DNA of 64,000 bases from Ministeria vibrans ATCC 50519. Taxonomy: Eukaryota > Protista > Filasterea. Every line of letters starts with the position of its first letter. The stretch's first letter is position 1. Made by a program: the position numbers and the translations under genes. Below the pieces are notes generated by a model that ran no database searches, was not told where the DNA came from, and saw nothing but the letters and a program-made list of their open reading frames with translations. The stretch covers positions 62,001-126,000 of the forward strand of contig CALSCP010001735.1 in assembly GCA_943704425.1 (NCBI GenBank), given 5' to 3'. Positions 1-12,359 of this stretch are shown here, in pieces.

Positions 1-911
1 ATAAAAATAAAACAATCGTATGAACCTGAGACGTTAAAGTGCTGATCGCTTTTGTAGTAGACACGCGTTAAGAGTAGCGGCCCGGTTGCGGCAAAGACAT
101 TCTTGGCCAACAGAATGCCTCGCAGTTGATGCATCACATGCAGAAGAAATGGACTGTGTGTGGAACGAACAATCATCACGGCCGTTCCCTACGCGAGAAG
201 TTAGATGAGGGGAAAAATCGGACATGCAGAAGGTACCAGTTTGAGGGGTGAACGCCCTTCAATCCCGAGGGTATCCGTCTGCAGCGGGTGTAAGGACCGC
301 AATACAAACACGTCGGTGTCAAGGTAGACACCCCCAAAGCGATAGAGCAGAGCGTAGCGCAGAGCGTCCGACAGGGTGAGAAGAGGCCAGTCGCTGTGAG
401 CGTACTCGCCACTGGCGTAGTAGCCTTCAAGAGGGGTGGTGTGAAACGCAAGCTCGTAGTCAAATAACACAACGTGCACGTTGGTGTGATTCGTCCAGAC
501 ATTGAGAAGGGGGGCTGACGCGCGGGCGAGGACAACAACATGGGCGCACGGATGGGCAATGGCGGCGGATATCACGGCACACCGCACGATATCAGACACA
601 TCAGCAGAGAGCTGGGCCATGAATACATGCTGGCGTGGACCCGTCGCTGTGGAAGAGGCGTCGCCCAGCGGGAGTGTCGAATGGCACTGCGTCACTGGGT
701 GTTTGAGGAGCCAGTTGAGCTGCTCTTCGAACTGGTGCGCGGCAGTCACAGTGATTGTGACCTGCGCTGCGCCGGGAGCAGATTGCGCAGGCGGGAGTGG
801 AGTGTCTTTGGCTGTACGCTGGGGTTCCAGTGAGAGTGTTGTGAAGAGGTGGACCAGAGCAAAGACGACGATGCAGAGCGTCAGCAGAATGGCATTTCGA
901 CGTGGTCGCAT
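1..911 (-). CDS. Glycosyltransferase family 32 (DxD, alpha-1,4-GalT/GlcNAcT-like), type II membrane protein; 3' end probably outside the window
   Basis: N-terminal TM anchor; motif SDALRYALLYRFGGVYLDTD; a downstream exon (~33-188) reads ...FAATGPLLLTRV, typical of GT32. Confidence 0.85.
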
Positions 912-1308
912 TTTGAACGACTTATGGATTTTGTTCGTGTAAATATATTACACAAACTAAAAGACCCACGGTCACACAAACTGTTCACTACACAGCTCGT
1001 GATCCCTTATCGTCAAAGAGGGAGTAATAAGTCTAATAACAAAAGTGAGAAGTGAGAACTAAATTTAGAGTTTCGGTCGAGTTTGCAAGGCGGTCTGGCT
1101 GTGTCTTCGCGTGGTGACTGTATCATTAATAAATGGGTTGTATTCTTCTTCTAATTAGGTCATTGGGTGCGTATTATTATTATTTTATAATTATTTTATT
1201 GTTGTAGTCTTCTTCTTCTTTCCTCTCGATTCTCTATTAATGCTGTACATTATTATCATCATAAAACATTATTATCATTGCTACTATTTTAATTATTGGT
1301 TAATTACA

Positions 1309-2955
1309 TCACGGCGTCTTAGCGTCAATCATGACACTGCCTTTGGTATCTTTTGTTCGAAGAGAGTACTGTGCAAGACGCTTCCACAGCGGAATTTCTC
1401 GTGTAAACCGCCTGAGCACAACAGGACATCGGGCGTCGTGGACACTGCGCGCAGACGATGGATCGCACGTGCATGTGCACTTGCTCCCATGCTTGCTGTT
1501 GTGACCCACCACACGCGAGCGTTGGCGTTGCCTCTGTTCCGGACTTGGCACTTCAATGACCGTGGTGGTGTCAGCTGTGGGCTCATGCACCGTGTCATCT
1601 TCATCCACGCTCTGTTCAAGCCTCTCCAGCATTTTAGCAAGAAGTTGCTGACAAATGGCAACAGTGTCTAATCTCTCCGATTCATCTCCTACGTATACGA
1701 CATGATCAGCATTGCAAAACAATTGAATCACATGAAATCATATTAAAACAATTTTTCTTATAAATAATTATTTTTTTTAGTATTATTACCTGCGTGACAG
1801 CCGCGAATGGACTCGGTGACGTCTTCCTTTGCAAGAGCAAGCAAGGTGGTTTGACAATAAGGCGTGCCTGTAGTTGAACCGTAGGTAACAAGTGCTTTGA
1901 GGGCTTCGGGGTGAGAATAGAGCGCTGCAAGATGAACGGGCAGAGCACCGCGCGCGTCCAAGGTGTTGACAATGCGCGAGAGCGTGTCATAGTCTTCGTC
2001 ACTGTAGAAGAGGAAGAGCTTACAGGCCATGTGGATGAAAGCGGGAAAGCCATGGGACGCAGCGACATGCATGACGGTTTGATGCTGCGAGTCGCGGCAA
2101 TTCAGTTCGGCACCAGCGTGAAGCAACACTTGCGCCAAACGAAAATTTTGTGTTTTCACCGCCATCATGAGCGCAGGCGCCTGCACCTGCGACCCGACGT
2201 TTCGGTTGGCATAGACAGCCACGCCAGCTTTTCGCAGACGCTGAGCCTCTCGCCAATCGCCGGTGATTTCTGCGCGTGCGAGGCGTTCAATGGCGGCGCG
2301 CGCCAATAAGCGCGCGCAGTCTGTGTACTGTCCTCCTGCATGGAGGGAGCCCTTCTTTTGGCGCAAGCTCGAGGCTATCTCAAAAGCCGTGTGTCCATTC
2401 ACGTCGGTGCTCGTGACGTCGCACTTTTCTTTCAAAAGTTTCTGAGAGTTTAAGAAAAAAAAGAAGAAAAATTCAGTGCTATTGGTTTGCTGTGCGCAAA
2501 AAAATAAAAATATCTGACACATTGAAGCGATAGAGGGAAAGTCACATGGAATTTTCAATGGTATTAGAATAAACTTTAGATGATCAACGTGATTACGTTA
2601 CGGAATCGCAGTTGATAACGACGAGGCGAGCGAAATATCGAGGAACACAATCAAGCCGTTGCAGTGAACTTGATGTTTACTTTCGCCCACACGCCATCAA
2701 GAATAACAAGGAAAGCACTGCACGTCCAATTGAACCACACCCACACTACCCTTGTGGTGTGTAGAATGGTGCACATGTATGTCGAGTGGGGCGCCGCGTG
2801 CGACAGGAGGCGGAGAGAGAGAGAGAGAGAGGCGAGTGCAGACGGAAGCCGTGTCTCACCTCGACGGTCGCAGTGGAGCCACAGCGAGCAGCTTGCAGCA
2901 AAAGACTCGCGCCACTGTCTGTCGTGTCTGAAGGGGCTGCTGCACATTCTGACAT
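1309..2955 (-). CDS. Ankyrin-repeat protein, multi-exon
   Basis: Ankyrin motifs DVNGHTAFEIAS, PALMMAVKTQNFRLAQVLLHAGAELN, DSQHQTVMHVAASHG, GALPVHLAALYSHPEALKALV in the ORF at 1758-2558; start and end inferred. Confidence 0.75.
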
Positions 2956-3278
2956 TATGGGGTCTGACTGTTGAATAAGACCAAGAGGGAGTTGCAAGAA
3001 CACAGGAATTAAACTGGATTATACTCATTACATTACGACATCGGTAAACGCCAAACATGAAGTAAGAGTACTCGGCAGGTGCCAGTGACTAATCACCAAA
3101 TAATAAATACTGTGACTTACGTACTAACTGTGAGTCTGTGGCTGCAAGGCAGTGAACGGCTACGTAGGGACTACATAGTTCCCAGCGCAGAGAATAAAGA
3201 GATCTATCTGTTGAATCACTTCAATCATAAATCACTTTGCTATTCCGAGCTGACCATCTTTTTCATCACAACATCAGT

Positions 3279-5104
3279 ATGATGAGGTTGGCAGCCTTAA
3301 GAAGAGGCAGTCCTTTATTATATCGACGCGTAAGGGAACGAAAACGAAAATCGTCCGGTTTGACACATTCGCACAGTTCTTCAGCAGCGAAGCCTCGCCA
3401 CCACCTCGTCACGCCGCTAAACGGGCAGCGGCAGCATCCACTGATGCGGGCGAAGCGTCGGTACGAGTAGAGAGAACGCTCGTTCCACCTTTCTGCTTCT
3501 CACTCGTCCTTTTCTTCCAGTCTGAGCGAACCACAGCGTTCTCGACACGCGAACCGACCGGGATACAGGATACGACGACCGATTCTGGTGCCGTCGAGGT
3601 AGGCAATCAGAGAGTGCGATGCAGACATGAAGACAAAACACAAATCGTTTGTGCTGATTTTTTTTTTTTTTTTGTCAGGAGAAGCGTAAAAGCAAAGAAG
3701 CGGTAAGAGGACTGCCGACCATTGGCATGCATGCATATATATATACATATATATATATTGTGTGTGTGTGTGTGTGTGTGTGTCTATGTCTTTGTGGTGT
3801 GTGTTCCTAATACGGTTTGTTGCTGCACAGGTGCGACTGTCGTCGGGCGGTCTCAGTGGCGTGAGTGGCAAACCTGATCTGCCCCAACACCACACGGTTG
3901 TTGCGCGCTCAACCGATCCGTTTCTTCTACGCCTGGAGCGCGTTGTCGAAGTGAACCGCGAAATTGAGCAGGAGCGTATGGAGCGGTTCAGCAAGGCAGG
4001 ACGTGGACCGACGCTCAAGGCCTACGAGCAAGTGCCAGCAGCAATACAGCCGGACTATGGAGAGGAGCTGTCGCGCATCAACCATGAGGAGAACCGTTGG
4101 GTGCACGACAAGGAGTTTGCGACGCAGAATCAGAGCAAGTCGTTTATGGGGGTATGCCACATGACAATGACAGAACACCACTCACAATGATTGCCTCAAC
4201 TACTGCACAGATTGATACAATGATTCACATGAGCGGACCCAATTTGGCACGATATGTGGCGGTGTTGAAGGCGGCTGCGGCACGGCGAGGCCCGCCATTC
4301 ACACCACCCACAGCAGAACAGTGTGTGCGCGTGCAGACAAAGACAATGCTCCTGACGGAGGAGCAGGAGATCCGACGGATGCGCAAGGTAGCTATGCAAA
4401 CGCCAGACAGCGGTGGGGTCTTATTGTATGTGCACATGTGTGTGTGTGCTTTTAGTTGCATTCGACGCGTAAGGTGACGACAGAAACGTTCGTTCCTGGA
4501 CTGCCTCTGGATGCAAAGCAGCGCAAAGTGCTTGAGCTGGTTGCGGGTGAACGGTACAATGCCGACACGCAAGTAGTGAAGATTCAAAGCCAACGGTACT
4601 TTGATTGTCTCAGCTGTGTGTAGAAAACGTGTGCTGACACACGTACGTTCTGTATATTGCGTAGATATCCGTTCCGCGCGCAGAACCGGGTGTTTGCCAA
4701 GCATACAGTGCGCGAGCTGGTGTGCGCGGCGCGTGTCTACCAGGGCGAATTAGCCGAACCTAAGCTGACTCGCGCATCGCGCAAGAAGCTCAAGGCGCCC
4801 CGTAGTGCCGTCCAGGTACGTCACTCACTCTCTTACCTCGCTTACCCAATCTTTGACTTTACTTCTGTCCCCTACCTTTTTGTTTCTTTATCACTGTGTT
4901 CCTCTATTCGTCCCCTCTCTATCACTTTGTTTTTTCCCCCTCTCACTCTACCTTTTCTCCTCATTTATCTTCTTTGGTCAGATGGCTTTGATGGAGCGGG
5001 ACCGTGAGGTTGAGTCTCTGGCCATTCCATTGCCGCCTCGCCCGACGCTTCCCAAGCCGACCACGAGCGACCAGGACAAGGTCATTGCCTTTCGTGGTCT
5101 CTAG
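3279..5104 (+). CDS. MRPS35: Mitochondrial small-subunit ribosomal protein mS35-like, multi-exon
   Basis: Arg-rich targeting-like N-terminus MMRLAALRRGSPLLYRR; spliced C-terminal part LELVAGERYNADTQVVKIQSQRYPFRAQNRVFAKHTVRELV resembles the mS35/Rsm24 domain. Confidence 0.65.
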
Positions 5105-5153
5105 TACTTCTCCTGTCCAGTGTTATTATATTCATTTTAATGCACGAATCGTT

Positions 5154-6005
5154 TTATACACACACGTTTTTACAGTTGCTTCCGTCGCATCGCAGCTCTC
5201 TCTTTCCCGCACACGCAGCTCTCTTTGCCTTTGTCGGCTTGCTCTTGGGTTTGGTATTCGAATGAGTCTGTCTCTGTTGTCGTTGCTGCTGCTGCTGCTG
5301 TCGTTGCTGCTGCTGCCGTTGCTGCTGTTGTCGTCTCCCCTGCGGCGCCTGTTTCGGTCTTCCTCTCCCCGCTCGAGGCGGTGGTTGTGCTCCTCCACCA
5401 CCAAACATGTTCCCAAACTGGCTGAAAAGCGACTCAAACCCTCCTCCTCCTCCTCCAGCACCACCATCGGCACCACCCCCACCAAAGCTAAAGGTGAACG
5501 CCTGGCCACCACTGCCAGCGCCCCCTGCACCAGCGCCCGGTCGACCGCCAAAGTTGAACATGTTGGCGCCCCCACCACCGCCTCCGCCTCCGCCTCCGCC
5601 AAAAGAAGACGCACCCGGACTCTCTTCACCTGTCTGGTCGTAGGCTCGTCGCTTCTCTTTGTCGCGCAGCACTTCGTATGCTACATTGATCACATCACCG
5701 TCAGAAGGGACAGAATAGTCTCGCACTTTCGAACCTTTGTTGATGGTCATCATCTGCTTCTCGGCCCACTGGGGACGATGGGCGTTTTTGTCGGGATGGA
5801 ACTTAAGGGCGAGTTTGCGGTAGGCCTTCTTGATGTCGCGTTGGGTGGCGCTCCGTTTAATGCCGAGAATTTCGTACAAGTCGCGCTTTGCCTTTTTCGC
5901 CTGACCCGTCTCTCTACCACCTCCTCGCGCCGTGCGCGCCTCCACGTACGATGCAAAGAGCACAAGGGCCAGAAGGAGCAGCAAGAGCCTCGTGCCCGTC
6001 CGCAT
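5154..6005 (-). CDS. Secretory-pathway DnaJ/Hsp40 co-chaperone (signal peptide, J domain, G/F-rich region)
   Basis: Hydrophobic signal peptide; DLYEILG...[16 protein letters not shown]; G/F-rich and poly-Q tail; probable 54-nt intron at 5681-5734. Confidence 0.9.
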   Translation of the reverse strand: MRTGTRLLLLLLALVLFASYVEARTARGGGRETGQAKKAKRDLYEILGIKRSATQRDIKKAYRKLALKFHPDKNAHRPQWAEKQMMTINKGSKVRDYSVPSDGDVINVAYEVLRDKEKRRAYDQTGEESPGASSFGGGGGGGGGGGANMFNFGGRPGAGAGGAGSGGQAFTFSFGGGGADGGAGGGGGGFESLFSQFGNMFGGGGAQPPPRAGRGRPKQAPQGRRQQQQRQQQQRQQQQQQRQQRQTHSNTKPKSKPTKAKRAACAGKRELRCDGSNCKNVCV

Positions 6006-6728
6006 TTTGATGTTGTTTCAACGTCGGCCAATGAGATGCCTGCGCGTCACTTGGCGGTGGAAGTTCAAGAGAAATTCTCTTCTCTTCTGTCAACAACAGG
6101 ATGGAAACGAAAAGGTTGTACAGTAATGTATTAAATGAATTGGACGCTTTCAGGAGCAGAAAAAGGTGAGATAAAAGTAATAATTCAAAAATTGGACTTC
6201 TTCTTCATGAAATCAGAAAAACAGTTGAGGGTTAATATTGATACAATTTTACTCTGTGCACGTCACTAGCCTTGCACTCTCGCCCACGGTTATAGTAATA
6301 CAGCTCTCCGTCGTGTGGTGGCGCACGAAAGAGCTTTTTGATGCGACCATTGTCAACCCATCGATCGATGAAGGCGTGTGCGCGCAGGTACTCTCGCTCA
6401 TCTCTCCACCCCGCCGTTTGGAAGCGGTACGCTTGAAATGGAGAGAGAAAGAGAGAGCGAGCGAGTGAGCGAGAGAGTGACGGACTGTCACTCTAAGTAG
6501 TTGTCGCTACCTTCTTCCACCGCGTCTGACCACTCCTTTGCGCGCCGCAACGATTTTGGCCGAGGTACCTCGTCGCCGCCCAGTCCGCTGTGACTTGCGG
6601 AAAGGCGACGCTTTTCAGCCGACATTGCAAAAAAGAAAGAGAGAAAGTCTTTTTTATCAGTTTCACATTACAACGATTAATATTTCAATTTTACTCATCA
6701 GAACAATAAAAAATTCACGTATACCGCA

Positions 6729-9346
6729 ATGGAGATGGCTGTTCTGCCGCGCGGGCATGTCGAAGCCATTCCTTCGACAGAGGGTGCGGGAGTCGCGCGG
6801 GCGGCCCCATCGGCGTCGGGTGTTGACGAGCACCGTCGAGAGCCGCTCGTCGTGCGTGCGCCCCCCACAAGCAGCAACCAAGCGCAGCACAGCGCGGAGG
6901 AGGATGCTCACCATGGCGCGCCGCTCTCGCTGCTTGAGCTGGCCATTTATCAGGTCGGTCTTTGGACAAACTCTCTTTCTCAATGTTTTGCTCTTTCTCA
7001 ATGTTTTGCTCTCCCTTCTAATGTGCGTTCGTTCAGGCGGTTGCACGGCGCGACGAAGGCGGCATCGACACCCGCCATCAGTCGCGTCATCTAAAATCAT
7101 TCGACCATGCTTTTTCGGGTGCGCAGTTCGTTGACTGGCTTCTCGAGGTGAAAACAGCGAACGCGAAAAGAAGAAAAAAAATCAAAAACGTCTCTCACTC
7201 TCTCACTCTGTCTCTCTCGCTCTGTCTCGCTCACTCTTTTGTATGTCAGCGAGCGCCACGAAACAAATGGCCGCTTGCCACCCGTGAAGCATGCATTGAG
7301 TTTGGGCAGAAGCTGCTGGACATTTCGTTTATGGTGCGTGCCAAGGGGATCGCAGCAATGCAGCTCATGAAGGACTCGGGGACGCTGTACATTTGGACGC
7401 GCACTGGGGCGACGTGGGCGCGCAAGGACGTTGATTTTAGTGACCTCGATCCCGAGTCTGGCGGGGTGGTGCGTCATACGCTTGTGACGGACCACTTGGC
7501 GCGGGCAGTGTTCACGCAGGAGACACGGCGACGCGAGCGCGAGCGGCGCCTCAATGAACACACGTCGTATATTGGGAACCTTTTGGCGGAGCAACGCCAC
7601 GAGAGCGAAACGCGACGTGCAGAGGTCACGGTCAAACAAGCGGAGCGCGTGGCAAAGGTGTTGCAGGAGCACACGGCGATTAGACAGGCGTGGGAGGTCA
7701 AGCTGAAGGAGATTGAGGCGGTGCAGCAAGCGCGCATCGAACACCTGGCGGAGTGTCGACGGAAAGATGCGCTGACAGACAACAATACTGTGTCGCGGGA
7801 GCGAGACGAAGCACTCGAGCAGATGGTGCGTGATGTGCTGGCGGCCACACAGGAGGCGCTGGCACTGCGCGAGACGTCGCAGAAGCACGCGCACTCAAAA
7901 CGTGAGATTGCACATGACCAGATGGTACAGGTGGCGACGGAGATGACGAGCCAGCGACGCACCGAGCAAGAGCAAGCGATGGCGAAGCAGAAGGAGCGCG
8001 AGCTGGAGGTGGGACGCCTCGTAGAGGTACGCATGAAGGAGCTGCGGGACGCAACGGCGACGGTGGCACGACTGGAGACGGATGCGACGGAGGCAACGGC
8101 ACGCGGGGTTGAGGTGACGGAGCGGCTGCGGACGCAAGCTCAGCATCTTATTGAATTGCTGCTGGCGGAGGCGACGGAGCGCGAGCGAGTCAGACAGACG
8201 GCTGTGGAGCAGTCGCGACGGGACATTGAGGAGCGCATTGAGCACGAACGGGCGCATCTGCGGGCGAACCAGGCCGACGACGCGACGTTGCGTGAACAGC
8301 GACAGGCGGACCTGGTGGCATTCTTGGCGCGTGTGGAGGCGCAGGTGGACGAACGCAATGGCGCTACACGTGCCCACGTACAGGAGATGCGGGAGATGCG
8401 CGAAAAGGATGGCGTGCGGTTGACTCGGTTGGTTATAGACACGTGGGAGACCCTGCGAAAGGTACAGCGTGAGTATGAGGAGCGGGAGCGGGATCGACAG
8501 CGCACCCTCATGGACGACATGCGCAAGTTGTATGCGGCGCGCCTGGACATGCTGTCGAGCCTGGGCATGGCGCGCGTGGAGCAGCGTTTGGCTCTACGTG
8601 CCGAGTGGGATGTGGTGTGTGTGGCGGCGGTAGAGGCGGCGCGACTGGCGAGCGCCGCAGACGCCGAGACAGCCGCGGCCCTGCGCGAGACGGCGCACGC
8701 CATGGAGAAGGAGCGTGAGCTCATGCTGGCCGAGGCGCGTGACGAGGAACTCACTTTACAGCGCGAGATTGCGCGAATGCGCGAAGAACATGGGGAGCGG
8801 CATCGCCAGGCACGAGCGGCCATTGATGCGGCGCTGGTGGCAACGGGTACCGACTACAACGACATGACGGCGCAGGTGCGCACCGAGCGGCTGCTCAAGG
8901 CACAGTTGTTTGCCGAGGAATTGCGTGTCAACGACGAGGCAGAGCGCAAGGCGTTCTTGGAGAAGCACGAGCGGGAGCATGCGGAGAATGTGCGTGCGGC
9001 GGCGGAGCGACGGGCAGCGCTGCTGGCACGCCAGCTGGAGCTCAAGGGTCTCGCCACTGACAAGTTGGCGGGGGCCGTGGCGTTGTTTCGCGAGCGCGAG
9101 GCGGCCCTCGAAGAGCGCGAAAAAGTCCTTGAGGCGGAGAAGCAGGCGGAGGCGGATGCGTTTGCGGCGCGCCACCAGGAGGCACTCGCGCGCGAGACGT
9201 CACGGCGCGCCGAGTCGAAGCAACAGCAACTCAAGCGTACCGAGCAAGTCGTACAGCTGGCCGCCGACACGGCTATGATGGGAATCGGCGTGCGACACAC
9301 CTTTGTTTTGTCGGGTGAAGGGGCATCTTCTGCAACACACAGATAG
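6729..9346 (+). CDS. DEP-domain protein with a long C-terminal coiled coil
   Basis: Spliced exons give GIDTRHQSRHLKSFDHAFSGAQFVDWLLE|...TREACIEFGQKLLDISFM...KDSGTLYIW (DEP-like), followed by ~600 aa of E/R/A-rich helix. Confidence 0.7.
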
Positions 9347-9484
9347 CATGATTACAAATTAATAATAATAATAATAATAGTACTAGTCCGGTGTGGTTTG
9401 GAGAAATTTGAAATAATTATCAGTTTACTTATTTTGAATTGAGTGAATTGATTTGATTGTCAGATTGATTAATTTATTTTTGTG

Positions 9485-10498
9485 ATGATCAGGATTTGTG
9501 TACTACTGGTGGCTACATTATTGTGTTGTGTGTCCGCCGCTTTGCATTCGATTGTGCCACCGGCGAAATGGAAATTTGAGCTGGAAGATCCCAAAGGCGA
9601 AAACTTGTCGAAATGGTCCTTTGTCGAGGTACGTAGGTCGTGGCGTGCCACTGAGCGGCTGGAGGCTGGGTCTAAATAGTATAGTTGTACTGTAGGAAGG
9701 CAATGTGGTAGGGTGTTGATGTGCCGGAGAAGAGAGAGCAAAGAGAAACCCAAACTTCACTGTAGGTGGTCCGCGAGGTTGCACTCAAGTTTGCAATGCG
9801 GTACTTGAGCCACAGCAAACCAGGCGACCCACTGGAGAACTTTTATTTGATTGCAGCATTTGGCAAGGTCTGCCTAAGAGAGAAGAAGAGAGATCAACGA
9901 GCGAGAAGGAGGAGTGAGCATGAGTTTGACATTATCATACGTTTTTTTTTTTCGTCTGTTTTTGACACTGATTGACAATTTTGAAGGTGGTTCGTGGTGG
10001 AGGCTATCCACGCCGGTATTACTTGCGTATTCGTACACGAGGTGTTGTGGCAGTGACTACGCTGGACAGCGACAATAACGAAGTGTTTGGGGATGTAAGA
10101 ATAATAATTATTATTATGTTGAACAAAATTATTTTGTCAATAATTCTAATACAGTTATTGACACTACAAATCATGATTATTGTTTAGCGCTTTGTGTTTA
10201 GAGTTTACGATTGCATCTGTACAATAAGCGCACCGAGTTCAGAAGGGTTCACAATGGACGCTACAAAACTGCTGAGCGAATCAGAGGTGACTGCAATTAA
10301 ATACATTAATTATAAAAATAATTATATACATCTCATGTGTTTGGATTTTTGTAGGGGGAGCTGATGCCGGCACGTCAGGAGAATCTTCCTCAAGATGCAA
10401 AGAACGAGCACGTAGAAAAGTTTCAAATGAATATGGAGAAGACGGAAAAGGATGGAGAGCAGGTGAGGACTTTCACCGCGAAAAAGTCAGACTTGTGA
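9485..10498 (+). CDS. Small secreted protein, possibly cystatin-like fold; five or more exons, 3' end ambiguous
   Basis: Signal peptide MIRICVLLVATLLCCVSAA; GT-AG bounded exons; helix followed by KVVRGGG...YYLRIR. Confidence 0.55.
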
Positions 10499-10771
10499 CG
10501 AAATGTAGAATGAAATATTTTGAGGTCGAATTTGAATAAAAGAGATGAGAAGATTTATATATATATATATATTATATCGTGATGTTGAGATAACGTTGTA
10601 CGCGTACGTACATATATACTGAATCATTTTTTATGCGACAGGTCGAGCATCGACAGAGAGCGGACAGGGTTTATTAATGATTATTATTATATAACTTTAT
10701 TCTTATGTATACTCGTCTGATCATGGGTCCCATGGATGTCGACCGTACAAACAGTATTACTCCACGTAATC

Positions 10772-11901
10772 TCACTCGTCTTCGTCATGTAACGGCACAA
10801 ATTGATGCTCGAGCGGCGCGCGATCGATATCTTCGTCGCAGCTCTCCTGGATCGATTGAGAGTCGTCGAGTGGACCCTTACAATTGGGATGAGTTAAAGA
10901 CACTCGCTGACTACGTTGTCCTCTCGTAGGTGTGCAGGTAGAGGAGGCACGCGCACTGCGGCTTGAACCCGCGAGCTTTGCAATGGTTTGTCTTAGGCGC
11001 TGCACGCCTGAGCCCGCCTTGCGCTGGCCATGGGCGACGCAAGTGCCATTGAAAATAGAAGCGGCTGTTGCATCGTTGCCGTAGGCTTCGCGCATAGCAG
11101 GCATGTTGATGGTGATGCCAGTGAACTCGAGGGAGAGGCCGCCGTAGAGGCCCTTGCTGTGTCCAATTGACATGGTTGCCGTGTCACCGTCGACCACCGC
11201 ACCCTCGCCCTCGTAGCCAAACGGCCCAATGCAAAAGCTGCCATTGAGGCCGATAGAGCCTGTGGTGGATGTGAACGCGTGCAGGTCCCCGGGATGTTTG
11301 AGTGCAATAATCACGTCCGTCATTTGCAGACCAATGTCTGCGCCAACCGCAACGCCCCCCATCTTCAGCGGCACCGGATCGGAGAATTTGCCATTGTCAA
11401 GCTTGGCGACAACAACACCTCGTCCACCGCGAATGGTGACAATGCAGCCGAGTCGGAAGACCCGTAGCACAACTATAATAAATATTAATTATTATTATTA
11501 ATATTGCGCGACTATCTTAGTAGTATTTTTTTTTTTTTCTACCGATTCCGGCGACTACAGACCAATCGGGCACGGCGTGCATGTCCCAACTGTTTTGATT
11601 AGCAGGAAGGTGTTGTGCAGCGATTCCTTATGAGAAAAACAAAACAAAAACAAACAAGGGGGTGAGAAGGGAGAGGAAGGACTAAGAGAGAGAGAAAGTG
11701 AGGGAGAGAGTGTGCGCGCGTGAGAAAAGACTCAAAAGAGGGAAGGGGTAGGTAGCAACAAAGTCACAAACTGACAACGACCAAGGGAGAGAGTAGTGAG
11801 TGAATAGTTCGAGAATAAATAAATTGGATTCGAATAATAGGCTTCAGATCTCTCTCACCTGCGGAAATGTCAGCAACGTGATCCATGACGAGATAGGGCA
11901 T
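10772..11901 (-). CDS. SYLF/Ysc84 lipid- and actin-binding domain protein (SH3YL1-like, no SH3 seen)
   Basis: GGRGVVVAKLDNGKFSDP...GADIGLQMTDVII...SKGLYGGLSLE matches the Ysc84/SYLF domain; ATG at 11901 with short upstream exons. Confidence 0.85.
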
Positions 11902-12139
11902 GAAGAGTGTTGTTGGAGGTAATAATGTTGTGTTAATTTGGTATGCGTAGAGAAAGAGAAATATTAGTGAAGCGAATTGAAGTGTTCGCGCTGAAATAAT
12001 GTGATTTTCCGCGCACGTTCAACTAAAAATAGAAGTTCACGTTCCGCACTAAAAATGTTATACTACCCTAGGACCTAGGTAGTGTGGTGTGTGTGTACAT
12101 TGAACAGTTAACACATCACTGATTACTGATTAGTAATTT

Positions 12140-12283
12140 NNNNNNNNNNNNNNNNNNNNNNNNNNNNNNNNNNNNNNNNNNNNNNNNNNNNNNNNNNNNN
12201 NNNNNNNNNNNNNNNNNNNNNNNNNNNNNNNNNNNNNNNNNNNNNNNNNNNNNNNNNNNNNNNNNNNNNNNNNNNNNNNNNNN
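12140..12283. other. Assembly gap (N run)
   Basis: Run of N. Confidence 0.99.
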
Positions 12284-12359
12284 CGCACACACTCACACGC
12301 AAAGGCGTACATAAGACACAGTGCACTTGTTCATCTGCACGCGCACCCCCTCACCACTG

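Noticed and set aside
7097-9300. Long antisense and alternative-frame ORFs here and over other GC-rich exons
   Set aside because: Shadow ORFs caused by codon bias; no domain signatures.
12062-12083. Imperfect palindrome ACTACCCTAGGACCTAGGTAGT near an N gap
   Set aside because: Short, with no partner or context to support a function.
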